From contig JAKMXF010000122.1 of assembly GCA_024704765.1 (NCBI GenBank), positions 124,001 to 188,000 of the forward strand: 64,000 nt of DNA, given 5' to 3'. Under the pieces are notes generated by a model. It was not told where the DNA came from, searched no databases, and saw only the letters and a list, made by a program, of their open reading frames with translations. This document shows positions 51,350 to 64,000 of the stretch, piece by piece (positions within the stretch are counted from its first letter, which is position 1; every line of letters starts with the position of its first letter). This stretch comes from Oopsacas minuta (lineage: Eukaryota; Animalia; Porifera). The position numbers and the translations under genes were made by a program.

Positions 51350-54300
51350 ATGGTAAATAGCTATGACAAAGTTTAGTGGATTGAACCAACACAATAAATC
51401 AATAGATCACAAGTTAGCTATTCTGAGATGGGTTGATCATTAATTAGTACATGCAAGAATTGGTAAGGATTGACAAAATATTAAATCCATCTCGAAAACG
51501 AATAATTTAAAGTAATAGGTGATATTTTAAAATTCCTATTGAAATGCATCGATTCTTTACAATGCAAGAGCTATAATTTCGTGAACATGATGAAATGACT
51601 GAAACTAACAATCAAGGTAATTGGTTTGAATTGAAAATTTACCCCAAATTAACAAGCTCCATACGGAAATCACTCTACACTATCAAACCATTGAGATTTC
51701 TCGAGAACAATTTCAAATGAATTAATTGAGTGTCTAACTTATCTAAATAGGATGAAAATTGAAAATGAGATCGAAGAGCCTAAAGTATATGCAGTTCTAT
51801 TTGATGAATCAAAGTAATGCTGGTAAAGAAGAATAGAGTATTTGCTTAAAAAATGTTGTCAAATTGAAACCAGTTGAAAGATCTTTGTTTAAAGAAGTTA
51901 AGAGATCTAGATGTGAAGCTATTGCGAATGCGGTTGAATCAGATTTGCACTCTGGGATATCTGCACAGTTAATTGTTCTAGGCGCGGACGTGGCTTCTGT
52001 TATATCGGGTTGTAATTCCAATGTATTTACCAAATTTAAAAACGACTTTCACGTACTCTCTAGCTACATTGCGTTTGTTATAGATAAATTTTTTAATTTT
52101 TGGGTTGTTTAAATCTTTTAAGGCATTTGACTACCTATTTAGCGTGATTAGAAAGATTGATGAAATATTTCTAGGATCTAAAAGCGGAATACTTTTTGAA
52201 TGTATGGAAATACAGGGAATTAAATTAGTTAGATGCGAAATTACATTTTTAGTTGTTCAATGCTTAGTAGAACCGACCAAAGCAATACCGGTAATCATTT
52301 GTCTTCAAATAAATGCTATGAATTATTTTTCTTCTTTTGAAAGTGCAGCAGGGTTATATCACAAGATGATGTCAGTAAAATTCTACCTAAAGCTGACAAT
52401 TCTTTACAATGTTATTTACATATTTCATGATCTCTGCAATTATTTGTAATCACCTCAAATTTTTGGTCCTTCGTTTTGAGCTAAATTCAGATCCTCAAGC
52501 GGTGGCTAAGTGAGCCCATTATTGGAAATATAATATACAAAGCTGGGAAATCTTGTGAAGATATTGAGATCATTTTGGAGTATGAGGATCCGCTCTCTGT
52601 ATTATCAAGACCTACAGCTATAAGTCAAACTTTGTTGACAATATCGAAGTACAAACCGAGAAAATGCTGAACAAAGTTTAATCAATGAGCCAATTACAAG
52701 ATTCTGTGAGTAATTGATAAATATTCTTCGAAGTGTGTATTCAATGCATCCACTTAGCAATGTTTCTCGACTGGGATTTATTATTACCTTTAACAGTTCA
52801 TTACCATTTAATCATTTCATTCAACTCTGATTTTGCTAGAAACTATCGCCAAAAGGTTAGACATGTTTAAACAATGGAATTCAATTCGATATACAGGGTT
52901 AGGCATAAGTTCTGCAACAAGTATAAACTAGTATATTTCTTATTTTCCCATAATAGTAGTTGAAATTCGTAATGAATTAGTGAATATATATACTAAGGAT
53001 ACGAAATTAATCTAGCTCTTCGAATGTATTGCCCTTTGCTGCGATACATAGGCTCAATCGCTTATAGAAATTATCGACAGCAGCACGCAACACGTCCTCA
53101 CTGACTAAATCCCACTCTCTTCTCAAGGAAGACTTCAGACTTTCGACATTCTTGTGAGGCTTTGCACATACCCTCGACTCTAAGATGGACCATATACAGA
53201 AATCCATAGGGTTTAGATCTGGAGAAGAGGCCGGCCATTCTTCAGTTGATATAAATTCCGGTAAATTGAGTTTCAACCACTCAGATGTCATTTTGGCTTT
53301 GCGGGAGGGAGCGGAATCTTGCTGGAACACCCAATGCGCGCCATTGAAGTGCTCACCAGCCCAAGGCTTCATGCGTTCTCTAAAATACTCTCTACATATA
53401 TCTCTTTGTTAATTTTCACCCCTTTCTCAATGAACACCAGAGGTGTCCGACCATCAGAGGTAATAGCTCCCCAAACCATGACCGATGCAGGTTTCTGAGT
53501 TCTTTTGATTGTTCTTAGTGATGACGATATAGACTTTTGATCTGGGGCAAGAATTCGATTGTTTTGGCGATTATACGCCATTTCTACGGTAAAAATCTTC
53601 TCATCGGAGAAGACAATACTCTGGTGCGTGCCACTAGTGAACCTTTTTCTCAGAATCAGACATTTTTCATACCTACGCCACTTATTCACCTCAGAAAGTA
53701 ACTGTACCTATCGAAATTTCTAGCATTTCAAGCCTAAATCCTCTTTTACTATCCTCCCCATACTTCTGGTTGAAATATTGGAGTCTTTTTCCATGCCTTG
53801 GATGCTTCTGACAGGATTCTTCCTGACCCTCTCCCGGACGAGCTTCCTACAGCAGGAGTACGAACAGAACAAGGTCTGTCTTTTCTGAACCTCTCCTGGG
53901 TACTGCCAGTCTCCTTGTAATGTTTGATTGTACGATAGACTATCCATCTGTTTATGGACAGTATTTTTGATATTACGGAAGCTGACATGCCTTCATTTTG
54001 ATACAAGATTATCAATGACCGTTTTGTTTCTTGTCCCTAAATCAAAAAAAAATTTTTAGTAGGACTCAATACTCTAAATATTGTTTAAATGATATTGAAG
54101 ATAAATATGATAAATAATTATTCGCCTAAAGCCATTCGCAGAACCTCTAGCTTAATTTAAATTTTGTTGCAGAACTTATTCCTAACCCTGTACATATGTA
54201 TATGAAAATCTTGAAATAATTTTATTATTTTAATACCAATCACAACTGCATCAGTGGAGCGATCATTCTCCACAATGAATAGGGTAATTAGCTGGACAAG

Positions 54301-54430
54301 ATACTCTATTGACGAGGAAAGTTGCCAGTGATCTAACCCTTTTATCAGTAGAAAAAGAACCTGTGAATAATCTAAATTCGGAAAAAGTTACCTATTTTTG
54401 TGCTAGAAAGAAGAAAAGGATTTTGACTTG
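51350..54430 (+). pseudogene. Heavily decayed hAT transposase split by a maT element
   Basis: FDES...AGKEE (~51800), LGADVASVISG (~51975), a CxxH-like motif (~52065); after the maT, PITTASVERSFSTM...LTLLSVEKE (54235-54360, dimerization domain). Confidence 0.6.
52894..54190 (-). mobile_element. DD37D maT element with frameshifted transposase (1297 bp)
   Basis: 27-bp TIR CAGGGTTAGG(C/A)ATAAGTTCTGCAACAA; TA flanks; FSDEK, QQDSAPS and SPDLNPMDF (37 spacing) split over ORFs 53749-54015, 53720-53947, 53369-53689 and 53007-53372. Confidence 0.95.
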
Positions 54431-54441
54431 TTGTTGTAGTA

Positions 54442-54605
54442 TAGTAGAATTCGCTTATTATCAAGTCAGGTTTGCACGAGAAAACTTGCTAATAAGCGAA
54501 CTTGTTTATACATAAATCTCTGTACCTTTGCTCCCTCCACTGAAAAAACATTGCGAATATGCGAATCTTGCTAATAAGGCAATTGTTAATAAACGAACTC
54601 TACTG
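54442..54605. mobile_element. pogo/Tigger-like MITE (164 bp)
   Basis: TA|TAGTAGAATTCGCTTATTA vs reverse complement of the right end TA|CAGTAGAGTTCGTTTATTA (16/19); internal CTTGCTAATAAG repeats. Confidence 0.6.
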
Positions 54606-54884
54606 TATATCAGTTTTTGGTGAAAGTGTGTTTATCATTAGAAAAAATTGTTAGAATTGTTCTGATTAAATTGAACATGATGTTTACAATATGGTAAAAT
54701 TATTTGGGAGGGGGAACTTCCCCACCGGGAGATCCGCCACTGCAAATCTACGCTTACTAGAAATTTATATTCGCATTTTTCAGAATAAATTAATCATAAA
54801 ATACTGATAATTTTGTGTTCTGCAAATGTACAATACATTTATTAGAGGCAAATGCACCTTTCCTGCAAAAAGGAAACTGTTGTA

Positions 54885-55798
54885 CACTAAGTGGGCAAAA
54901 GTATTTCAACACACAAATATAATGTCATAAATTGTATACTCTTTCCCGCTCCCATATATTGTATAGTCTATATTCGTAGCTGCAATCTAGGAATTTGCAT
55001 AGAATAACATATGTTTCTCACGAATTTCAAAATAATATTTTCGATTTGCACTTTTTGAAGGTGGTGATTATTAATAATTATCAGACAATTATTGATATTC
55101 AAAATATGTGGTAATTCAAAGCCTATTAAGAATCAATAATTTCTGACTTGATATTTGAAATCTACGTTGGCGAGGTACCCCAGATTGAAATTTCCAATCG
55201 GATTGAACAATTTTTACCAAAGTTATAGAAGAATTTCAATTTGTCCCACTTGTGCCACTTTTTGAAAAAAGTGGCACAGGTGGCAGGAAAAAGCGCCACT
55301 ACAAGGAAATCAACTAGGGTTAGGAGGAATAAGTCGAAGTAATATTTTCGAATGATATGACTATGCTAACCCTTGAATTCCAAATAACCTCTTGGTAGCG
55401 GCCACTTGTGCCACCTTGGGAAAAAAGTGGCACAAGTGGGACAAATTAAAATTCTTCTATAACTTTGGTAAAAATTGTTCAATCCGATTGGAAATTTCAA
55501 TCTGGGGTACCTCGCCAACGTAGATTTCAAATATCAAGTCAGAAATTATTGATTCTTAATAGGCTTTGAATTACCACATATTTTGAATATCAATAATTAT
55601 CTAATAATTATTAATAATTAACACCTTCAAAAAGTGCAAATCGAAAATATTTTTTTGAAATTCGTGAGAAACATGTTATTCTATGCAAATTCCTAGATTG
55701 CAGCTACGAATATAGACTATACAATATATAGGAGCGGGAAAGAGTATACAATTTATGACATTATATTTGTGTGTTGAAATACTTTTGTCCACTTAGTG
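54885..55798. mobile_element. Non-coding long-TIR (foldback-like) Tc1/mariner-type element, 914 bp
   Basis: About 380-bp near-identical inverted arms beginning TA|CACTAAGTG(G/T)...CAAAAGTATTTC; TA at 54883-84 and 55799-800; no ORF. Confidence 0.9.
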
Positions 55799-58700
55799 TA
55801 TATACCTCGGCGCACAACAACCTCCCTAGTTAAGAATGTCTAGCTCAAATTGTAAGCGATATTTTGGTATTATCAACATAATGTGGGAAGGTCCAAATAT
55901 AATCGGTAAAGAAATATGACCAATCCAATTGCCTCCACGGAAAGTTAATTATTGTCCTGGCTCCTGAATTGTAGATATTCAATTTATCGATTTAACACAG
56001 CACTGGGAGAACCCATTATTTCACAAGTATATCTTATCCCTTAAGAACAATAAGATTGTTACTGATAACATAGTGCTATAAAATTAATATTTTTCATTAC
56101 CTTTTGTAAACAACCCTATCCAATATACTTATCCTAGAGGAGCTTAAAAATGTATAATTATGTCTCTCTTGAAGGTATGAAATTTGGCTTACTTTCTTTC
56201 ATATTTTTGCTGGAGGGCAGAAACTTTGACCGGTGCGAAATTGTTTATAACTATGTATTTATCGTGTTTATCAAAGAAGTATATATAATTCAATATAACT
56301 TCACCTAATATATCGATAATTTTAAATCCGATTTTCACACTTTTAGAATTATCATTTACAAATTTATTGTTATTATGAATTATTGTGTATAAATTCGACA
56401 AATCTCAGAATTACTTAGATATTCGCTCTCATTGCTTCAAAGGGGGTTTGTGTCACATAATATTTCATTAATTTATATGCCATATAAGTATATCTATATT
56501 CTAACACTCAAAGGGGCGTCCATTTGGAGAATAATGAACTCCTCAAGGCCAATGCGTCGAGTTCATCCCGAGGCGACGAGCCAAAGGCTGGTATATATGT
56601 ATATTATTCTAGGCAGTGCTCTCAATACTGGCCCATTATAATAAGTACAGTCAGAATTTCTGGAGGGATTCAAATCATCCAATCCGTAATACATTGCAAT
56701 AATATTGTTCTAATCTTCCTTAGATGATGAATCATCGTACTGATTTAACATAATTGAGATTGAATTGATAGTTTCGTGTTTTAAATTTTATTTCACTTTA
56801 GTAAGTCTTAATTCATGGTCAGAAATTTATTCACTGATATTCTCGAAACTAAAAATACTCTAGGCACAGGCAAATAATTTAACTTTACATTCATCACCAA
56901 AAGTGGCATAATTATACATTTTTCAAGCATTTGATGACCAATATTTCTAGGCCCAATTTTGAACTTTTTCAAGCCAAAGACCTCGGCCTATGTAGGCATA
57001 GTTATTGACTAAAAGACTGCTAAATATAGTATCGGGGGAGATAATTGTCATCCCTTTATTTTGAACCTAAAGGTCGACCCTTAGCTACAATACTTATCGA
57101 GATATGGTCGTTTTTAGAGAGAGAAACTTATTAGATTACCAACTTAAAGATCCATAACTTGGTCAGTATTGAATCTACAGATCAGTAGATTGTCCTGACG
57201 ATTCTTAATATCCCTGTAACATTGGTTTGACCATACAAATCGTTTTTGGGTTCATCATTCCACATATACCGTGGTTTGAAATTATATATTAAATCTAGTC
57301 AATTTTCTATAAAGATGTTCGTAATCATGAAATTCCCTTTCATTATAGGGGTCTCATGACCATGTTTGGAAATACTATTTTCATTAACAATGCATGAATT
57401 TAATAGATAGCATACTCAAAGTGCCTCGAATTTGGTCATGTGACCCCTCAATTGATGGAATTTCAATGCATATCATGACTTTTACAATTGATTTTTTATT
57501 GGAGTTCATTTAAGAAATTTATGCCTTTTTTGAAATAACTCCTAATTGCCAACAGTGGTTCAGTATGCTTTCAGAATTGTTACTTAATTACGAAATCCAG
57601 TATGGGTATCATTTCATTTCGATCCTAAATGTCCTAAAGTATCTCTCTGTCAAATTTTATGTTAACATCATGATTTGCACAGAGTGCTTATTTTGGAACT
57701 TATCCTCTGTTTTTAGCCATATACCGAAGAAATATTCGTTTTACCCTCACCAAAAACGAGATATTACCACCTTTGGACTTCATATAATCGCCCATTTTCT
57801 CGCCATTCTTCGGTTAATCTTAATATATCAACTCCAGATTTTATTCGTAGACTGTCAAAGGATCATTTGAGACTAGCTCTTTAAACAATCTACTTAACTC
57901 ACTTTTGGGTGTAATGCTGGCTATAACCAGCCGAACGATAGAGACCTTTAGTTGTTATTGCCTACTCTGGCCCAAAGGGACTACTTAAAGTATTTTCTTT
58001 ACAGACTAATATAACCATGTTACCAAAATATTCAACTAAATTAAGAAGATCTTACTAATATTTGTTATTATTTACAGTGAAGCAAGACACAGAGTTTGCT
58101 GATATGTTGAAGACAGTTTTTATAGTATTTGTCATTTGCCCTTTTGTATATATACCCTCCTTTTGAAATATCTTTGAAAAGTTCCCTGGGATAGGGCCAA
58201 ACGTACTCTCAATTCTATCAGAAATTTATTAGAGAATACCTGGTGAAACTTTACAAGAATATTGTTAAATTCACCGTACACTACATTGATTTTTTCAATT
58301 AGTGTGGATACTACCAGTGTTTTGCCGGTTAATTCTCCTCTTATTGTTCATTATAATTATCACTAATTATTATGCTTGCTACTAATCAGAATTTGTCACT
58401 TTTATTGGCTATTTGGTTATATTACAAAAATTCTCATATTATAATTATGTTAGTAGTATTGATATGACTCAGGTTATTTATAAGTATATTCCGATAAATG
58501 CTGTACACAAATTCTTAATACATGTTTTCATTTCATATGGCTTAATTACTCAGTGACGGAATACTCACCTGGAAATATGTGATTTTATGACTTCAATAGG
58601 TGCTAAATTCTCATTGTTGTGTGGTAATTTTAGTGCTCCTTTTCATTACCAAAGTAAAACTCTTCCGTAATCGTTTATAACATAGTGTTTTCAAAATTGT

Positions 58701-61129
58701 TGTGTTATCAAGCAGTCATTTTGGTTATTCAGAGACCACATTATGCTGTTTTTGCCATGGTTTTTTCAAAGTGAAAGCTTCGCTCACTCAGTATGATGAA
58801 TTTTATCCAGGATCTAAATATACAAGTAACTCCTACTCATAGCTAAATTCGTGAAAAAGATCAATTGTAATAGCAATTTGTGATTTTTGACGTTAAATGC
58901 TAGTTAGGTGCTAAAATTTGATGAATATTCTTCTAATATATACATTCAGTATTCTAATGTCAAAAACAGGGAAACAATCCTGACAAAACCCAGCTATTTT
59001 GTATCAAAAATATTTTTTTATACTTTCTAACACAAACAATGCAATTTTGGCGAATATCTAGGGAACTTTCAGTAAAAAACGTCCCATTTAGATAGTTTTT
59101 ATGTAAGATTACCCCATGCCCTATTTCATTTACGTTTCTTTGGAAAAAATTCAAGAGACTGCGTCTCTGCATTTTCTATTGACCGAATAGTGTCGGAAAT
59201 ATATGATTCTATGAATTCAACATTGCTAGAATCTCTTTTTTGCTGCGGTAATTTGCAATATATTAGTGTTCTTTCCATAACGAACTTAAAACATCTTTAG
59301 GGATACCAATAAGTCGAGTTTTATTACTGCAATATCTATATCCTGATAGATATTCATTTATTTTGTATTTTTACCCATTTCTTATTAAAGTGTACAAAAC
59401 CATCTCTAGTTTTGACTCCCCAGTGCTCATTTATCTTAGCACCCTCAAACCCAGTCAATCCTCATAAGTCCTGCCCCCTCCCAATCTTTGGTGCCGCATT
59501 ACGTTTTAACCCATGATTTCATAACATTTTTCAAATTTCTAACACACATGTTTTTATAAACTTTATTTTGATATTTTATGTATATATTCTTTCTTTAGTC
59601 CATCTCCAATGAAAATTTGTCCGAGATATTCACAATCTTGTGTATATTCCGTAAATAATGTTCAATCGAGAGATTCTATTTGCACCACCACACCTTCAAG
59701 TTTGCCAATTTATCAAACTGCTGATTTACAAACTTCAAAATCTCAAATTCATCTTGGTGGAGTATATTACCAGCCTTATGATAAGCATCCTGATCATCTA
59801 GTATATTCTGGCTGCGAAAATAAGGTCTTTGATTCTCAAGACTCCTGCGCTTCAATAAATGATATTTTTTCTGACAACCCTTCGGTTTTCGCAGCTCAAT
59901 ATTCATTACCTCTTAAGCCAGAATCAGATAATACATTGTATATTTCATCTGGACTAAGGTTAGTAGAATTATATATTTTCTGGATACATCTATCTCCTTC
60001 AAAGATGCGTGGGCTCAATTTCATATCAAGTTAAATATTTGAATTTTCAGATATTGTACTGTCCATTTTCCATATTTTGTCATGATGCCTGAGGCACTAA
60101 ATGTGCTGATTGCATACCTAAAACCACATGGTCGCTCCAGTAGTACCATTAATGGTGCTTAAATGGAATTTGGATGGACCAGATATGGTAAAATCAAACA
60201 TTTCCACAAAAAACTTACCTCGGGGTACGTAGTGCCTAGCATAATCTGTCGCATAGCCACCAAAAGCAGAATAGAATTTAGTTTTATAACCCATAAGCTA
60301 ACCTGTGACACGAAGCAATATACCAAGCATAGCATGCTGGTAATAATATGAAACGCATTTTATCTGGAATGAGCAAGAATGGAAGACTCTAAACCTGAAT
60401 TGTCGGATATTGAGGTATTTTGTGCCTGGCTCGGACAAATTCGAGTTTTGGAAAAATTTCAAACCTATGACGAAATTATGATGTAATTGTCACCTTTTTG
60501 GATTTTCGAAAAATCACATTATTTACTACTTCTCAGCTAATATAAATTATATAGTAGTTTGACATTTGAATCCCAGGAACTCTTCAATATGCCAAATGTT
60601 CTGATTTATGTTTTTGACCAAATAAATACTCATCATGGAATAATAACGTCTTCATGACTGTACAAAAACGCATAATTTCCCGAATTTCATAATATCTGAG
60701 GCACAAAGTCCCCAGATTTGGAACCATAAACAACATAGCAGCTCACCCAATGCATCACTCTTTCCAGATAGCAAAGTTGAAAGTGATAGTATTAACCTAA
60801 AATAGAAAATCGGTATTCTTTCATAAACCATGTTGGACTTCTTAGCTCCCTCGGAACAATGAATATATGATAGGGACGACACTCTTATGTTAACTTATAT
60901 GTTCCTAATCCTGTAGTTAACTGGTAGCAGCGTTTAGCGAAATGCTACCCTGAATAGGATTGGCCTATGAGCCTCTATCATTAATTCTTTCAACATTCGG
61001 ATATGGCTCGTGTTTAGTATCAATAGAATGCGTATCAAGGCTCCCAATCCAAAGAAGTTTTAAGAGTCCATCAATTTTTTATGCTTCAAGAAAGGAGGTC
61101 ATCAATTTTGCGACTAAATTTAATTATCA

Positions 61130-61990
61130 AATTTTATAAATGAGAACTTTCTTCTATTTGTTTTTTATAATCATAAGCCATAATTAATAATCTATATTCA
61201 CCGAAAATATCCTCATTATTTCACCAGATTTCATTACAGGAGTGATTACTGCATACTTCAAGTTGCTTGGAAATCTCCTGAAGTTAGTGAAGTGTTGATG
61301 ACCTTTGGAATAGTTGGAAGTAGTACTTCAATAGATTCTTTTTAAAGATATGTTTGTATAGGGTCTGGGAGAGAGTGTTTATCAGATAGAATCTTAGTGA
61401 GGTCATCAACCTCATCTGGTTACAGTGGTCTAAACAAAGTAAGACTACTACTACATGACACCATTTCATTTTAGGATGCACTTACAACATCAGTTGTATC
61501 AGTTCGTTCATGAATACCCTGATCTTATCATTAAGTGACTCTGGAAATATAATTACAACGCCCAGATGAGTACATAGATGGCAGTAAATGACTTCAAGTG
61601 CCATATGATTGTCCATAATGAAAGGTTCGCAAGAATTATAGTACCCCTTTTCTCCTTGTAGTAATAAATCTTGGCTTTCTAAAGGAAACTTGGGCATGTT
61701 TGAAACTATCTCTAAAAGCTTGGTGATTACTTTCAATTCCAGATTTTAGCCATTTCCTTCCACAGGACTTTTTTCTCTTCTTTAATAATGAACCAAAGAG
61801 TACCAAGGTGTATGAAAGCTTGGAGTGACCATGCATGTAACCTTTGGAGCTTGTTGATTTAGAAACTCCCTCAAGACACTATCGTATGGACTGGTCAGGT
61901 TCTTAATTCCATCACAAGGATCTAGAAGTAGTGGATATATTTTGATGTCATCAATAATGCACATACAATCATCTGTCGTAGACCCTTAGA
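61130..61990 (-). pseudogene. CR1/L2-like non-LTR retrotransposon ORF2 fragment (EN-RT linker and RT start)
   Basis: LNQQAPKV...PWY, RKKSCGRKWLKS, EKGYYN, PDPI...VLLPTI...INTSLTSG.FPSNLKYAVITPV across frameshifted ORFs 61782-61964, 61636-61836, 61482-61736 and 61284-61481. Confidence 0.7.
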
Positions 61991-62572
61991 AGTAGTATAA
62001 ACAGTTAAATACGATGGCTTTGACATTCTAACTTGCATGGTGATTGCACCATATTAAAAGTATGTCTAGGAGCTAGGCGTATCATAACCACTACCATTAT
62101 CAATATATAGTTTGAACTCGCCCAGAATTCGACCCTAGGTTTAATATTCGAAACAATTTCAATTAATGTAACAGTCATGTCGATGTGTTCAAAATATATT
62201 AATTCCTTTTCTTTATTACGCTTATCTGTAAACCTTTGCGTAAAATAACATCCACACCATCACCCTTTCTGTTTATACCATAGACTCCTTAAATAGAAGG
62301 ACTAGTATCTGGCAATCTCGGATTACGGAACTTGGGTCCCATTGTATCATGACGCAACGACGTCATTGCGTAATAAACATAGCAGGCCATGGAAAGATTT
62401 TGCTTTATCGCCGCTCCTGGCGTCACCTAGCGTCACCTGACGCTCTCCGTAGCTCATGCTGCTGTATTATGATTTTTTCAGGTTTGTATTGTAACTTTAC
62501 TAGCATTTCTGGTGCTAGGAATCATCCAATTTACAACTGCATTTTAAAGGTGGTGTTGGTATTTACTTTATA

Positions 62573-64000
62573 ATACCTAAGAAGTGTACGTATTTAGATG
62601 TCGTGGAAATTACAGGTGTGAACCATACACAAAAGTAGTACAATTTCCAAGTGATGAAGATGGGCGAGATCGTTGGATTGATGCTATGCCAAATGAACGC
62701 TCCAATCTGCTACAACTTAAATATATGCTTGTTACCATCATTTTGACTGTGAATGGGTCACAGTTAAAGCTGGTAAATGACATAACCAACCTCCATCCAT
62801 TTTTCCTGGCGTCCCAAAGTCCTGTTTAAAGTAAGTCTCTTCAACCCCTAGGAGTACAAGTTCTTCGGCAGAAGTACGTGCCAGAAATGAAGACCTTAGA
62901 ACTAACGCTCTGATCAAATTGGTGACTTTGATTCTTTTTGTACAGTCATCCAACAGCCTCTCTCCAAAAATCATCTTATTATTCATGATGGTGATGATGT
63001 TTATATGTCCAAAACTGACGCACAAGGACGTTCAGTCGTCCAGTTTCTACATTTACAACATGTGAAATCACCATTTGGATTTTTATTCCTTAAATGTGTT
63101 GAGAAAAATGGAAAGGAAATACCTAAATCGTATTTTTCCAAAGCTGGTTTCCTACAGAAGAATAGCCTCATCAGGAAATGGTCACAATTCAATAGCATTT
63201 TAACGAGTATTCCAGAGTACGAATTCAAAGACACAGACTACGTGAAAAGTGCCCTTAAGGAATTGAGTCGTATGTGTTGCTCTGAACTTCCCCATTATCA
63301 ATTTTTGTATGCTCAGCTCGGGTTGTTACTTACTGCACCAAAAGCCCGTCGTTTTGATAGAAATCTTTATGTTCTTGCTGCTGAACTTCATAACATTTCA
63401 CCAGCTGCGTATAGAATGCTACGAAAATCTGGTGCTATTGCATTACCTCGAGTAGAACTGTTGAAGAAACTTCTTTCCAATAGTCTACATGATGAAAACT
63501 TGAGGCAACTTCTTCAAGAGCTTCAACCCCAGCAGCGTCTTGTAGACATTTTATTTGATGAGGCGAAGCTAACAGAAACTCTTAGGTACTCTGGTGGTCA
63601 TGTTGTTGGTTATGCTCAAAATAGATCTGGTGACGCTGAAGTTCTCGCAACACATGCTTTAGTGATCGAGGTTGTATGCCATTTTGGTGGCCCTAAATAC
63701 ATTCTACGTATTCATCCTGTCGCGAAACTCAATTCATATCAACTCAAGGGTATATTACTCGAAGCTCTCGCAGCAGTTAGCAATGCTGGTGGCACTACAA
63801 TTTCTTGTATATGTGACAATTGCAATACAAATGTCTCAGTCTATGCTAAATTGGGTGGAGCTGGTAGAGTGTTTATAGACATCTTAAACTCTCACGCTTT
63901 TCTCGTTTATGACTATGTCCATTTATTCAAAAACATTAAGAATAACTGGATAACTGTGCCTCATAAGGAACTCGCATTCACAAAAGATGGTAAATCACAC
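62573..64000 (+). pseudogene. THAP-domain P-element/THAP9-like transposase (runs off window)
   Basis: THAP signature C..(R)CRGNY...FP...W...CYHHF...PPSIFP (62573-62825, disrupted); an open frame 62906-64000 (365 codons, absent from the ORF track) with SPAAYRMLR, ILFDE, CICDN and YDYVHLFKNIKNNW. Confidence 0.85.

Noticed and set aside
57347-57450. 15-bp inverted pair GGGGTC(T/A)CATGACCA
   Set aside because: No TSD or other support; probably internal to a decayed MITE.
59609-60034. 141-aa ORF with an overlapping minus-strand ORF
   Set aside because: No recognisable motif and no splice or homology support.
5540-64000. Alternative genetic code (TAA/TAG=Gln or TGA=Trp) suggested by in-frame stops in relics
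   Set aside because: Transposase ORFs end with TAG (16298), TAA (41609) and TGA (~24711) exactly at conserved C-termini, and the relics also contain frameshifts; the standard code with decay explains the stops.

Overview
AT-rich eukaryotic (probably animal) genomic DNA that is almost entirely a transposon graveyard. It contains DD34D mariners (one apparently intact, 15060-16363), two DD37D maT elements, several hAT remnants (two Buster-type deletion derivatives with 8-bp TSDs), two Transib/RAG1-like transposase relics, two RT-less Gypsy/Ginger-type integrase relics, a CR1/L2-like retrotransposon fragment, a THAP/P-element transposase running off the right edge, and many MITEs. The dominant structure is a ~10.56-kb palindrome (29755-40311) with apparently identical arms, a 27-nt spacer plus a 4-nt bulge at the centre, and a right arm that stops at the single N (40312). 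It is either an assembly/amplification fold-back artefact or a very recent inverted duplication. The only host-like coding sequence is a Rab1-like exon (40955-41255, minus) whose G2 and G3 GTPase motifs are replaced while the frame and splice sites are intact. I found no rRNA, tRNA or CRISPR. All family assignments come from motif recognition by eye, not from database searches.
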